NCBI GenBank assembly: GCA_963792965.1
Contig: CAWBYW010000006.1
Coordinates: forward strand, 18,212-82,211
Source: an uncultured delta proteobacterium
GTDB lineage: Bacteria > Desulfobacterota > Zymogenia > Zymogenales > Zymogenaceae
Length of the DNA stretch: 64,000 bases
Reading direction: 5' to 3'
Shown here in pieces: positions 21,764-31,777 of this stretch. Position 1 is the stretch's first letter; the number at the start of each line of letters is the position of its first letter. Below the pieces are notes generated by a model. It saw only the letters and a list, made by a program, of their open reading frames with translations. It searched no databases and was not told where the DNA came from. Position numbers and translations under genes: made by a program.

Positions 21764-23557
21764 CTACATCATCGGCGAAAAGCGCACGACGTCCCGCCCG
21801 GTGCCGATCTTTGTCGTCGTACGGTAATACCGTTTCTCCGGGAAGAGCCCGAAGCGCTCCATAAGTCCCTCCGCGATCTTCTTGAAGACCGGCGCCGCCA
21901 CGTCGCCCCCGTAGATGCTCGTGTGAGGGTTCTCCAACACCACCAGTATCAACAGCCGCGGGCTTTCGGCGGGGAGAAAGCCCACGAAGGACGCCGTATA
22001 GTCCGTTTCCGAGTAGGTCTTCGTCGCGGGATCGAAGACCTCGGCGGTTCCGGTCTTGCCCGCCACGCGGTAGCCGTCGATCTGGGCGTGGATCCCCGTC
22101 CCCGAATCCACGACCCCCGTCATCATCTCCGTGACGATCCGTGCCGTCTCGGGCTTGATCACCCGCCGCTCGATTTTCGGCGAGGCCTCGGAGACGACCT
22201 TTCCGTCCTCATCCACGATTTTCTTGACCAGGTGGGGCTCCATCAGGAGTCCCCCGTTGGCGATACTGGCCGTGGCCATGATCAGCTGTATCGGGGTCAC
22301 CGAAAACCCCTGGCCGAAGGCCATCGAGGCCAGGTCGACGTCAGTCACCGTGCTGGGCGACTGAATCGACCCCTCTTCTTCACCCGGGAGTGCGATGCCG
22401 GTGGGCTTTCCGAAGCCGAACGCCGAGAGGTAGGTATAAAGTCGATCCTTTCCTAAGAGCATCCCAAGCTTGATCGCCCCGATGTTGCTCGAATATCGAA
22501 TAATATCATAAAAAGGGAGAATTGCAAAGTCTCCACCGTGGTCATGGAAGACCGCGTCGTTGAGCCGGTACGTGCCTCCCTCGCAGTTAAAGGGGTCGCT
22601 GCTTTTTGCCAACCCCTCCTCGAGGACCCCCGCGGCCACGAAGATCTTGAACGTCGAGCCCGGCTCGAAATTCAGTGAGATCGCCTTATCGTTCCAGCTC
22701 TCCTTTTTGTAATCGAGGAACTTATTTGGATCGTAGTCCGGCCGGCTCGCCATCGCGATGATTTCGCCGGAGTTCGGATCCATCGCAATGACACATCCAC
22801 CGTCGGCCTTGTAGTCACGTATGGCCGCGTCGAGCTCCCGCTCAACGATATACTGAGCCATGATGTCGATGGTCAGGATCACATCGTAGTTCTTGAGCGC
22901 CTCCGCCTCAGTCGGATCGACAGAAAATAGGCTGTTCCCCTTCGCGTCCCTGACGGCGATGAAATGGCTGACGCTGCTTTTCAGATACTGATCAAGCTCA
23001 TACTCGATGCCCCCCAGCCCTTGGGAGTCGGTCCCCACGAACCCGATGACGTGACACCCGAGCGTACGGTGGGGAAAGAAGCGCTTATCTTCATTGACAA
23101 ATCCTATCCCCTCGAGTTTCAGGTCTTCTACGATTTTTGCCGTCCTCGGGGGCACCGTCCGCTTGATCCAGACGAAGTTCTTGTCCGAGGAGAGCCGCCT
23201 GAAGATCTCGGATCGGTCCATCGAGAGGATCGCGGCCAGCACGGCGGCCGTTTTCGCCGGATCGGTAACCTTATAGGGGCACGCGTAGATCGAGTCCATC
23301 TCGAGGCTTACCGCTAAGTCCTTTCCGGTGACATCGTAGATGTTGCCCCGTTTTGTCGTGTAGGTGGAGATCACCCGGTGCTGCTTCTCAGCGTAAGAAT
23401 AGAGCTCATCCCGGTTGATGAGCATGAGCTTGGTGACGCGGATCATCAAGGCGGCAAAGAGGATAAGAACGATGACAAAGACTATCCGTATACGGAGGTG
23501 AAGCCATACGCGGGCCTCTTTTTTCTGTCGTTCCTTTATCGAAAGGTGTTTGAACAA
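21764..23557 (-). CDS. ftsI: Penicillin-binding protein 3 (division transpeptidase)
   Basis: EPGSTFK (SxxK), SSN, KTG motifs; N-terminal TM; no PASTA domain. Confidence 0.94.
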   Translation of the reverse strand: MFKHLSIKERQKKEARVWLHLRIRIVFVIVLILFAALMIRVTKLMLINRDELYSYAEKQHRVISTYTTKRGNIYDVTGKDLAVSLEMDSIYACPYKVTDPAKTAAVLAAILSMDRSEIFRRLSSDKNFVWIKRTVPPRTAKIVEDLKLEGIGFVNEDKRFFPHRTLGCHVIGFVGTDSQGLGGIEYELDQYLKSSVSHFIAVRDAKGNSLFSVDPTEAEALKNYDVILTIDIMAQYIVERELDAAIRDYKADGGCVIAMDPNSGEIIAMASRPDYDPNKFLDYKKESWNDKAISLNFEPGSTFKIFVAAGVLEEGLAKSSDPFNCEGGTYRLNDAVFHDHGGDFAILPFYDIIRYSSNIGAIKLGMLLGKDRLYTYLSAFGFGKPTGIALPGEEEGSIQSPSTVTDVDLASMAFGQGFSVTPIQLIMATASIANGGLLMEPHLVKKIVDEDGKVVSEASPKIERRVIKPETARIVTEMMTGVVDSGTGIHAQIDGYRVAGKTGTAEVFDPATKTYSETDYTASFVGFLPAESPRLLILVVLENPHTSIYGGDVAAPVFKKIAEGLMERFGLFPEKRYYRTTTKIGTGRDVVRFSPMM

Positions 23558-23564
23558 CCCTCCC

Positions 23565-23903
23565 TCACCGTATCGGGATGACAGACGAGCTATCAGGATA
23601 TATCAGGCCGAACTTTTCTCTTCCCATCCTCTCAAGGTTTTCCGGAGACGTCACGGTGTCGAGCTGTATGGTGAGCTCCCGGTTTTCCCGCGCCAGCACC
23701 TGTTGTTGCTCCGTAAGGTTTGCGATCTCGTAGTTAAGCGTGACGACCGATACACGCGTCCAGAGATAGAGAAAGAGCGAGAAGGCCACAAGGGCAGCGG
23801 CCAAGAAGTACGGGACGATCAGCCTGATGAGCTCGATCCTCTTGACCCGATTGACCTCGGCGACCCTGACGGCCTCGCCGTATAAGATCGCGTTATCCAT
23901 CAT
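23565..23903 (-). CDS. ftsL: Cell division protein FtsL
   Basis: TM plus leucine-zipper coiled coil; between rsmH and ftsI. Confidence 0.88.
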   Translation of the reverse strand: MMDNAILYGEAVRVAEVNRVKRIELIRLIVPYFLAAALVAFSLFLYLWTRVSVVTLNYEIANLTEQQQVLARENRELTIQLDTVTSPENLERMGREKFGLIYPDSSSVIPIR

Positions 23904-24811
23904 GCGTCCTCTGTGCGGCCCTGAGCTTGGCGCTGCGCGCCCGCGGGTTTCGCCCAGACCTCGTCGCGGCCGGGGATACCGGCTTCTTTGTCAGGATCGT
24001 CAACGGTGGCGGTCCGCCCTGATCTCCCTTTTGAGCGAGCGCCCGAAACTGTAACTTGACGATGCGGTCCTCCAGCGAGTGGAACGAGATGATGACGATT
24101 GGCCCGCCCGGCCTGAGAAACCGGACGGAGGAGGCGATGAAACGCTCGAGGTTACCCAGCTCGTCGTTAACATAGATCCTCAGCGCCATAAAGGTCCGGG
24201 TGGCCGGATGGATGCGCCACCTCCCCTTCGGCCCGATCGCCCGGGCGATGACGGACGCGAGCTCCTTAGCGTCATCTATCTTTCCTTTCTGGCGCGCCCG
24301 CACGATGGCCCGCGCCGCCGCGTGCGCCCTTCGCTCCTCGCCGAGCTCGCCGATGATTCGGGCGAGCTCCTTTTCGTCGGCCCGGTTGATGATCTCGCCG
24401 GCCGATTTCCCCCGATCCGGGTCAAACCGCATATCGAGCGGCCCCCCTTTTTCGATGCGAAAATCCCCGGTCGGCCGACCCGAGCTGATGGGAGCCGAGT
24501 CCCAGGTCGAGCAGGATTCCATCCAGCTTTTCAAGGCCTGCCCGGCCGAGTATATCCTCTATCTCCGTGTAGTTTTCATGATAGATCTTCGCGCGGTCCC
24601 CGAAGGGGGCGCAGAGCCTACGCGCCGCCTCTACCGCACCTTCATCGAGATCGACCCCAACCACGATTCCGCCGGGGGACGACGCCTCGAGGATCGCCTC
24701 GGCGTGCCCGCCCATCCCCACCGTGCCGTCGAAATAGGCGCCGCCGTCTCTCGGCCCGAGGTACTCGAGGACCTCCCTCACCATGACCGGCCGATGGGTC
24801 GCCTCATCCAT
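23893..24811 (-). CDS. rsmH: 16S rRNA C1402 N4-methyltransferase (frameshift near 24455)
   Basis: HRPVM, DGTVGMGGHA, DLGLGSHQL, PLDMR, HPATRTF, ISFHSLEDR, RARSAKLR. Confidence 0.96.
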
Positions 24812-24819
24812 CGGCGGCT

Positions 24820-25251
24820 CTAAATGCCAAGGGTCTGGGCGATATCGCCGAAGGTATCGGAGGTCTTCTTCATCCCTTCCTCCCAGGTATCCTTGGCCCA
24901 TATCTCGATCCTGGTGATCATCCCGGCGAAGACGACGTCTTTGACGAGACCCGCGTGGTTCCTCAGGTACTGGGGGATGAGTATCCTCCCCTGCTTGTCG
25001 ACGGGGCACTCCGCGGCAGAGGAGATGAGGAACCGCTGCGTGGCCACGACGTTCTTGTTCATCTGCGGGAGCTCCGCGATCTTCTTTTCCATCTTGGCCC
25101 ACTCCTCTTCAGGATAGGCCACCAGGCACCCGTCCCACCGGGAGATGATCAGGGTTTCGGTATAGTTGTCCCGGAGCACCTCCCGGAATCGGGAGGGGAT
25201 GCTGATCCGACCTTTCTGATCGATCACATGTTCGAAGTTACCACGAAACAT
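24820..25251 (-). CDS. mraZ: Transcriptional regulator MraZ
   Basis: MFRG...DQKGRISIP and DKQGRILIP repeats. Confidence 0.96.
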   Translation of the reverse strand: MFRGNFEHVIDQKGRISIPSRFREVLRDNYTETLIISRWDGCLVAYPEEEWAKMEKKIAELPQMNKNVVATQRFLISSAAECPVDKQGRILIPQYLRNHAGLVKDVVFAGMITRIEIWAKDTWEEGMKKTSDTFGDIAQTLGI

Positions 25252-25390
25252 CGCCCTGCCACTGCTCCTCTGAACGTGTCGTGATCGGTTACCTCGCCCT
25301 CCGCCGGCCGCCTTCACTTACCCGTCGGTGCCCTTCCTCGTCCCCTTTCCCTGCCTCTCATTCCCATCGGACACCGTATTTTCCCGCTCT

Positions 25391-25425
25391 CCTCCCCTTT
25401 ATCCCACTTTATACCACTTTTACCA
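25391..25425 (-). promoter_or_regulatory. MraZ-binding direct repeats
   Basis: Minus strand TTGGTAAAA-GTGGTATAAA-GTGGGATAAA-GGGGAG: GTGG-type boxes at 10-bp period just downstream of the dcw promoter. Confidence 0.8.
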
Positions 25426-25426
25426 A

Positions 25427-25455
25427 AATATAGACCGATTTTCCTCCACTGTCAA
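25427..25455 (-). promoter_or_regulatory. Sigma-70 promoter of the dcw operon
   Basis: TTGACA-17 bp-TATATT. Confidence 0.8.
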
Positions 25456-25716
25456 GCAAAATATACATTTTCATTAGATATTCCTTAGATTCTGGGACGT
25501 AAACTCCGTCCTACGGGCGCGCAACCGCGCTTTCGTCTTCTCTTTTTTCGCACCCCGGCAGAGCCGATGAGACGAAACGACCGACGTGCCGTTGCCGACG
25601 CCCCAGGCCTCACGAAGCTTCGCGAGCCGGGACTCGGCCCGGCCCTAAAACCCGTCCGCGGCCCTCCCGGCCGGGAGGGCCGGCGGCGGCTTGAGGGGCG
25701 CCTCCCTACATTTCCA

Positions 25717-25745
25717 TTGACAATGCGGGGGATGTCTGTTAGATT
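25717..25745 (+). promoter_or_regulatory. Sigma-70 promoter of aspS
   Basis: TTGACA-17 bp-TAGATT with extended -10 TG. Confidence 0.7.
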
Positions 25746-25779
25746 TAATAACTTTGGAATCTTACTGAGAATCTCGATT

Positions 25780-27549
25780 ATGTCCGTGCTCAAGAGAACG
25801 CATTACTGCGGAGAAATCAGAAAAGGCGACATCGGCAAGACCGTCACCCTCATGGGGTGGGTCCATAAGCGGCGCGACCACGGCGGCGTCATCTTCGTGG
25901 ACCTGCGCGACCGGACGGGGACGGCGCAGGTCGTCTTCAATCCCGACCACGATCAGAAGAGCCACGACGCGGCCCACCGGATCCGGTCAGAGTTCGTCAT
26001 CGGCGTCACCGGAAAGGTGATAGCCCGCCCGGAGGGGATGATCAACCCACAGATCCCGACCGGCGAGGTCGAGGTGATGATCGACGAGCTGATCATCTTC
26101 AGCGAGGCCGAGCTTGTCCCCTTCATGATAGACGAATATGTCACCGTGGCCGAAAACCTGAGGCTCAAGTACCGCTACCTCGACCTCAGGCGGCCGGAGA
26201 TGCAAAAAAATCTGATCGTGCGCCACCGCGCGGCCATGAGCGTCAGGAACCACCTCTCCGACGAGGGGTTCCTCGATATCGAGACGCCCTTTCTGACGAA
26301 GAGCACGCCGGAGGGCGCGCGCGACTACCTCGTGCCCAGCCGCGTCAACCCCGGCAAGTTCTATGCGCTGCCCCAGTCCCCGCAGATCTTCAAGCAGATC
26401 CTCATGGTCTCGGGCTTTGACCGCTACTTCCAGATCGTCAAGTGCTTCCGGGACGAGGACCTGCGCGCCGACCGCCAGCCCGAGTTCACCCAGATCGACA
26501 TCGAGATGAGCTTCGTCGGCGTGGACGACATCATCACCATGACCGAGAGGCTGTTGCATACGCTCTTGAAGGAGGTCGCCGGCATCGAGATAAAGATCCC
26601 GTTTCCCCGCATCACCTACAGAGATGCGCGCGACAAATACGGGATCGACAAGCCCGACCTGAGGTTCGATCTCCCGCTCTGTGACGTGACCGAGATCCTC
26701 GGGCCGTCGGGATTCAAGGTCTTCTCCGAGGCCGTCAAGGACGGCGGGATCGTGAAAGTCCTCCGCGTGCCGGCAAGCGACGCGCTCACCCGCAAGGAGC
26801 TCGACGACTCGGTGACCTTCGCCCAGGGGCGGGGCGCCAAGGGCCTGGCCTGGGCCCGGATCACGGACAACGGCTGGCAGTCGCCCATCGCCAAGTTCCT
26901 GACCCCCGAAGAGATCGCGGGCGTCGAGAAGAAGACAGGTGCACACGTCAAAGACACCCTCTTTTTCATGGCCGACGAGGCCGACGTCGTTGACGACGTG
27001 CTGGCCAACCTTCGGCTCAGGATGGGCGAGCGCTTCGACCTGATCGACCGGACGGCCTTCAGCTTCGTCTGGGTCGTCGACTTTCCCCTCTTCGAGTACT
27101 CCGCCGACGAAAAGCGTTACGTCTCCAAGCACCACCCGTTCACCTCGCCGATGGACGAGGACCTGCCCCTCATCGAAACCCACCCCGAAAAGGCCCGCGC
27201 GAAGGCCTACGACATCGTGCTCAACGGCAATGAAATCGGCGGGGGGAGCATCAGGATCTTCGACCCCGCGGTGCAGCGGCGCCTCTTTGCGGCGCTCGGC
27301 ATCTCGGACGAGGACGCGCAGGAAAAGTTCGGCTTCCTGATCGAGGCCTTAAGCTACGGCGCGCCGCCCCACGGCGGGATCGCGCTGGGCTTTGACCGGA
27401 TCGTCATGTTGCTCACCGGGTCCGAGAGCATCCGGGACGTGATCGCCTTCCCCAAGACCCAGAAGGCGACCTGCCTCATGTCCGGGGCGCCCGACACGGT
27501 GGGCAAGAAACAGCTCAAAGAGCTGTGCATGAAGATAGACCTGGGGTAG
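25780..27549 (+). CDS. aspS: Aspartate--tRNA ligase (probably non-discriminating Asp/Asn)
   Basis: RTHYCG, RRDHGG, LRLKYRYLDLRR, PEGARDY, FRDEDLRADRQPEFTQ, GAPPHGGIALGFDR. Confidence 0.97.
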   Translation: MSVLKRTHYCGEIRKGDIGKTVTLMGWVHKRRDHGGVIFVDLRDRTGTAQVVFNPDHDQKSHDAAHRIRSEFVIGVTGKVIARPEGMINPQIPTGEVEVMIDELIIFSEAELVPFMIDEYVTVAENLRLKYRYLDLRRPEMQKNLIVRHRAAMSVRNHLSDEGFLDIETPFLTKSTPEGARDYLVPSRVNPGKFYALPQSPQIFKQILMVSGFDRYFQIVKCFRDEDLRADRQPEFTQIDIEMSFVGVDDIITMTERLLHTLLKEVAGIEIKIPFPRITYRDARDKYGIDKPDLRFDLPLCDVTEILGPSGFKVFSEAVKDGGIVKVLRVPASDALTRKELDDSVTFAQGRGAKGLAWARITDNGWQSPIAKFLTPEEIAGVEKKTGAHVKDTLFFMADEADVVDDVLANLRLRMGERFDLIDRTAFSFVWVVDFPLFEYSADEKRYVSKHHPFTSPMDEDLPLIETHPEKARAKAYDIVLNGNEIGGGSIRIFDPAVQRRLFAALGISDEDAQEKFGFLIEALSYGAPPHGGIALGFDRIVMLLTGSESIRDVIAFPKTQKATCLMSGAPDTVGKKQLKELCMKIDLG

Positions 27550-27557
27550 GCGCATCC

Positions 27558-28816
27558 ATGGGCCAGACGCTGGCGGAAAAGATCCTCTCACAGAAGACGG
27601 GAACGAACGTCGTCCCCGGCCAGATCGTGCTGGTCGACGTCGACCTCGCGCTTGCGCAGGACGGCACGGGGCCGCTGGCCATCAGGAGCATACGCGACCT
27701 CTCGCTCGAAAAGCTGCGCATGCCCCGCGCGGCGGTCTTCTTTATCGACCATGCCGCCCCCAGCCCCCGAAAAGAGCTCTCCAACGACCACATAACGATC
27801 CGCGCGTTCGCCAAAGAGTCCGGCGCCTTCCTCTATGACGTGGGCTCGGGCATCTGCCACCAGCTGATGGCCGAGGACTTCGCCTGCCCCGGCGACGTGA
27901 TCATCGGGGCAGACTCCCACACCGTCACGGCCGGGGGGCTTGGCGCGTTCGCCACGGGCATGGGCTCAACCGACGTGGGCGTGGGGATGGCGACGGGCAA
28001 GACCTGGCTCTTGGTCCCCGAGACGCTGCGGGTCGAGGTGACGGGAAAGCTCCCCCTCGGGGTCTACGCCAAGGACCTGATCCTTTCCATCATCGGAAAA
28101 ATCGGGGCCGACGGGGCCACCTACATGGCCCTCGAGTTCGGGGGAGAGACGATCGATAAGATGGAGACGGCCGGAAGGCTGACGCTCTGCAACATGGCGG
28201 TGGAAGCCGGCGCGAAGGTGGGTCTTGTCGCCACCGACGAGACGACGCGGCGGTACCTCGCCGAGTACGGGCGCCAGGCTTGCTTCAAGGAGATAAAGCC
28301 GGACGCCGACGCACGCTATGCGCGCGTGGAGCGCTTTGACGCGGCAAAGCTCGTGCCGACGGTGTCGGCCCCCCATACGGTGGACAATACCAGGACGATC
28401 GACGAGGTCGGTAGACGTGAAGGTCGATCAGGTCTTCATCGGCACTTGCACCAACGGCCGTCTGGAGGACCTCAGGGTGGCGGCGTCGATCCTCAAGGGA
28501 AAGAAGAAGGCGCCAAACGTCCGGCTCATCGTCATCCCCGCCTCCCGCAGGATATCTGACCGAGGCCCTTTCGGAGGGCTTGATCTCGATATTCGTCGAC
28601 GCGGGGGCCGCGGTCATGGCCCCCGGGTGCGGGCCGTGCGTCGGCGTCCACGAGGGGATCCTGGGCGACGGCGAGGTCTGCCTCTCCACCCAGAACCGCA
28701 ACTTCACCGGCCGCATGGGAAACCCCAAGTCCTTCATCTACCTGGCCTCCCCGGCCACCGCCGCGGCCTCGGCCATCGAGGGAAAAATCGCCGATCCGAG
28801 GAAGTTCCTGAGGTAA
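27558..28816 (+). CDS. leuC: 3-isopropylmalate dehydratase/homoaconitase large subunit (two frameshifts)
   Basis: [52 protein letters not shown]; archaeal-type LeuC/HacA. Confidence 0.9.
28739..28816 (+). repeat. leuC 3' end, copy A of an imperfect direct repeat
   Basis: Encodes [25 protein letters not shown]; repeated at 29601-29669. Confidence 0.8.
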
Positions 28817-28960
28817 CGGTTTCCCGCAGATCGTCCCATCTTAGCAAAACCGCCAATCTCCCTTATTCCGAATGACTACATGACTATTTTTTGTATCGAT
28901 TTCTTCAAAAATCGGTTAAAATGCTCACATCTATGATTATGTGATGCAGGTAGAAAACCG

Positions 28961-29251
28961 ATGGCGATCGATAGACGAATAATCGAGAAAAGAGGGGAAA
29001 TTCTCGCCCTTGCCGCGCGCTACGGGGCGTCCAACGTGCGGATATTCGGATCGGCCGCGCGGGGGCAGGCTGGGTCGAAGAGCGACATCGATTTTCTGGT
29101 CGACCTTGAGCCGGATCGGAGCCTCTTTGACCTCGGGGGATTTCTCATGGAGCTCGAGGAACTCCTCGGAGCTAAGGTGGATATTCTTACCGAAAAAGGC
29201 CTTCACTGGTATATTCGGGATCGTGTTCTGGCCGAGGCAGTGAGGCTGTGA
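28961..29251 (+). CDS. mntA: Minimal nucleotidyltransferase (MNT) antitoxin
   Basis: FGSAARG...SDIDFLVD (GS-x10-DxD); 96 aa; GTGA overlap with the HEPN gene. Confidence 0.92.
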   Translation: MAIDRRIIEKRGEILALAARYGASNVRIFGSAARGQAGSKSDIDFLVDLEPDRSLFDLGGFLMELEELLGAKVDILTEKGLHWYIRDRVLAEAVRL

Positions 29252-29586
29252 AGGATTACAGACTCTACCTCATCCATATCGGGGAGTGTATCGAGAGAAT
29301 AGAGTCATACGTCTCAGATGGAAAAGGCGTGTTCCTCAATACGCCGCTCATTCAAGACGGCGTCCTCCACAACCTTCAGACACTTGCCGAGTCGACAAAA
29401 AATCTTCCCGATCATATCAAGGCGTCACACCCCGAAATAGACTGGCGGAGGGTCGTCGGTTTTCGGAACGTCCTGGTGCACGACTATCTCGGGGTCGATA
29501 TCGAACGGGTGTGGTTGATCATCGAAAAGGACCTGCCGGGCCTGAAACGAGCCATCGAAGAGATGATCAAGGAGTCTAAGAACTAA
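29248..29586 (+). CDS. hepT: HEPN (DUF86) RNase toxin
   Basis: HPEIDWR...FRNVLVHDY (R-x4-H followed by the AMPylatable Tyr). Confidence 0.92.
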   Translation: MKDYRLYLIHIGECIERIESYVSDGKGVFLNTPLIQDGVLHNLQTLAESTKNLPDHIKASHPEIDWRRVVGFRNVLVHDYLGVDIERVWLIIEKDLPGLKRAIEEMIKESKN

Positions 29587-29600
29587 GAAGACGTATTACT

Positions 29601-29669
29601 TACCTCTCCCCCGCCGCCGCCTCGGCGATAGAGGGAAGGATCGCCGATCCGAGGAAATACCCGAGATAG
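29601..29669 (+). repeat. leuC 3' end, copy B (diverged remnant)
   Basis: Translates [18 protein letters not shown]; substitutions versus copy A are mostly synonymous or conservative. Confidence 0.8.
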
Positions 29670-29765
29670 CCCTTTCCCCCACGAACTCGTTCTTTATGCC
29701 ACATTATTTAAGCTCTTGATAGACCACGTGTAAATTCGGGCGACGAATTGCGGTGACAGTCAGGG

Positions 29766-29799
29766 GATTGCTTCGGCCGTTTTACTCTCTCGCAATGAC
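29766..29799 (+). repeat. Half of a REP/RPE-like palindromic element
   Basis: GATTGCTTCG...CTCGCAATGAC matches a widespread short dispersed repeat, as recalled from memory. Confidence 0.55.
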
Positions 29800-29800
29800 G

Positions 29801-29830
29801 GAAAAGAAAAAAGGCGGCAGATCTGCCGCC
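29801..29830 (-). terminator. Intrinsic terminator after plsC
   Basis: GGCGGCAG-AT-CTGCCGCC followed by a T-run on the minus strand. Confidence 0.7.
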
Positions 29831-29876
29831 CCTATAAAGGATAAGAAGCTAAGCTTTCCTTCTCTTCCTCTCTCTT

Positions 29877-30684
29877 TTACCCCCTCGAGCCGCCGTGAGC
29901 CGTGCCCGACGCTGCGTGGGGAGTGTTTCCCGTGGTGTACTCGTCCAGCCCCCGCTGAATGATGCCCTTTACGTCTTCAATCATACGATCGAGCTGGTTC
30001 TGCCTGTATTTGAGAACGTTCACCGGCTTGTGGATGACGAGCTTGGCCCTCCCGGGGAAGAGCTTCAGTGTCTTTGCGGCGAGGATCTTCCTGGTGTCCA
30101 CCACCGAGATCGGCAGGATCGGGAGTTTCAGCTCCTGGGCCATCTTGAAGGCCCCCTTCTTGAAATCCCCGAGCGCTCCCGTGAGGCTGCGCGTCCCCTC
30201 GACAAAGAAGAGGACCGACGTGCCGTTCTTGATGCGCTCTGCGGCCGCCCGCATCGAGGCGATGGCGGCGTCGATGTTCTTGCGGTCTATGACGATAAAC
30301 TCCCCGCCTTTCTCACAGGCCCAGCCGAAGATCGGGATCTTCCTGAGCTCCTTTTTCATCACCCACCTGATGTCAAGCCCCGACCACCCGCAGATCACCA
30401 GCGGATCGTAGTGGCTCTGGTGGTTCGATACAATGATATAGGACTGCTTCTTGTCGATGTTCTCTTTGCCGAAGACCTTCACCGTGATCGGCGTCATATA
30501 GCTGAGGACCCGCGCGAACCCGACCGCGCAGAACTTCGTGGCCACCCGGGCGTTGAAGACAGGCCCTCAGCGGCATCGCGAGCGACCCGAAGAAGGCCGT
30601 GCACGCCAGCACCGAGGGCGCAAAGACGATATACTTGTACGGCTGATAGATGACGTATAAGACCTTCCTGAAAAATGCTTTCAT
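29877..30684 (-). CDS. plsC: 1-acyl-sn-glycerol-3-phosphate acyltransferase (frameshift near 30560)
   Basis: NHQSHYD (Hx4D), FVEGTRS, FKKGAF. Confidence 0.88.
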
Positions 30685-30774
30685 AAACGTACCCCGCATA
30701 TTATTGTTTAATGATACCGCACATCGCCATAAAATACAATAAAATTGCGCCATCCGTCGGCTTTCTGCCCGACG

Positions 30775-31616
30775 CTAACGGCCGGGGGACGTCGTGAGCA
30801 TCATCCCGGCGATCTCTTTGACGATCTTTGAGGCGGCGTGCGCCGTGATCCCGAGCGGGTCGCGCGTGGGGTTCATCTCCACGACGTCGGCCCCGACGAT
30901 GGGGGCCGTGATGCCGTGGATGATGGTAAGCGCCTCGCGCGTCGTCAGCCCCCCGCCCTCCGGGTGGGAGACACCCGGCGCGCACCCCGGGTCCAGGACG
31001 TCCAGGTCAAACGACACGTAGAGCGGCCCCGCGAGATCAAGTACCGGGCCCGCCGCGAGATCCTTCATCTCGTGGACCTCGACGCCATATCTTTTCGCCT
31101 GCTCCCGGAGGTGGCCGGTCATGCTCCTGATACCGACCTGGACGAGTCTGCGCACAAGCCCCTCCTCCATGATCCGGGCGAAGGGACAGGCGTGGGAGGT
31201 GCGGCTGCCCCGGTACTCTTCATAGAGATCGCCGTGGGCGTCACAGTGAAGGATCGTCAGGCCCCCGACACTATCGGCTATCCCCCGGACGATGGGCCAC
31301 GTCACGAAGTGATCCCCCCGAGGAAGATCGGGTGCTTTCCGGCCGACAACACCGCGCGGGCCCCGGAGGCGATCGCCCCGAAATCGTCGCGTCCGTCAAA
31401 TACCACGTCGCCCGCGTCCATGAGGTGATCCTGCTGGTTCAGGTCAAGGCCGGTCTCTGTCCAGAGGTTGGATGATCCCGAAAAGAGCGCGGCACGGATC
31501 GCCTGGGGGCCGTGAGCCGCACCACGCATAAAGGATGAGTTCTCGTCGTGGGGAAGGCCGAGCAGGCAAACACGGGCAGAAGGATTTGCGGAGATATTTT
31601 GCGCGTATGATTTCAT
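30775..31616 (-). CDS. speB: Agmatinase/arginase-family ureohydrolase (frameshift at a G-run near 31315)
   Basis: SSFMRGAAHGP, GGDH restored across the shift, DAHGD, SHACPF, SFDLDVLDP, DVVEMNP. Confidence 0.85.
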
Positions 31617-31777
31617 GGGATGAAAGACCCGATGGGTTCTCACTATATATCAGATGGGATCGAATTGAGCAAGCGGTAAAAAGCAATAAAGTAGATCACT
31701 CGTGGAGCCCCTCTTACACACGGTTTCGAGCCCTTGCTTCTTCTCTCCGGCGGGCGCACGCAGTCCCGAACGATCTC

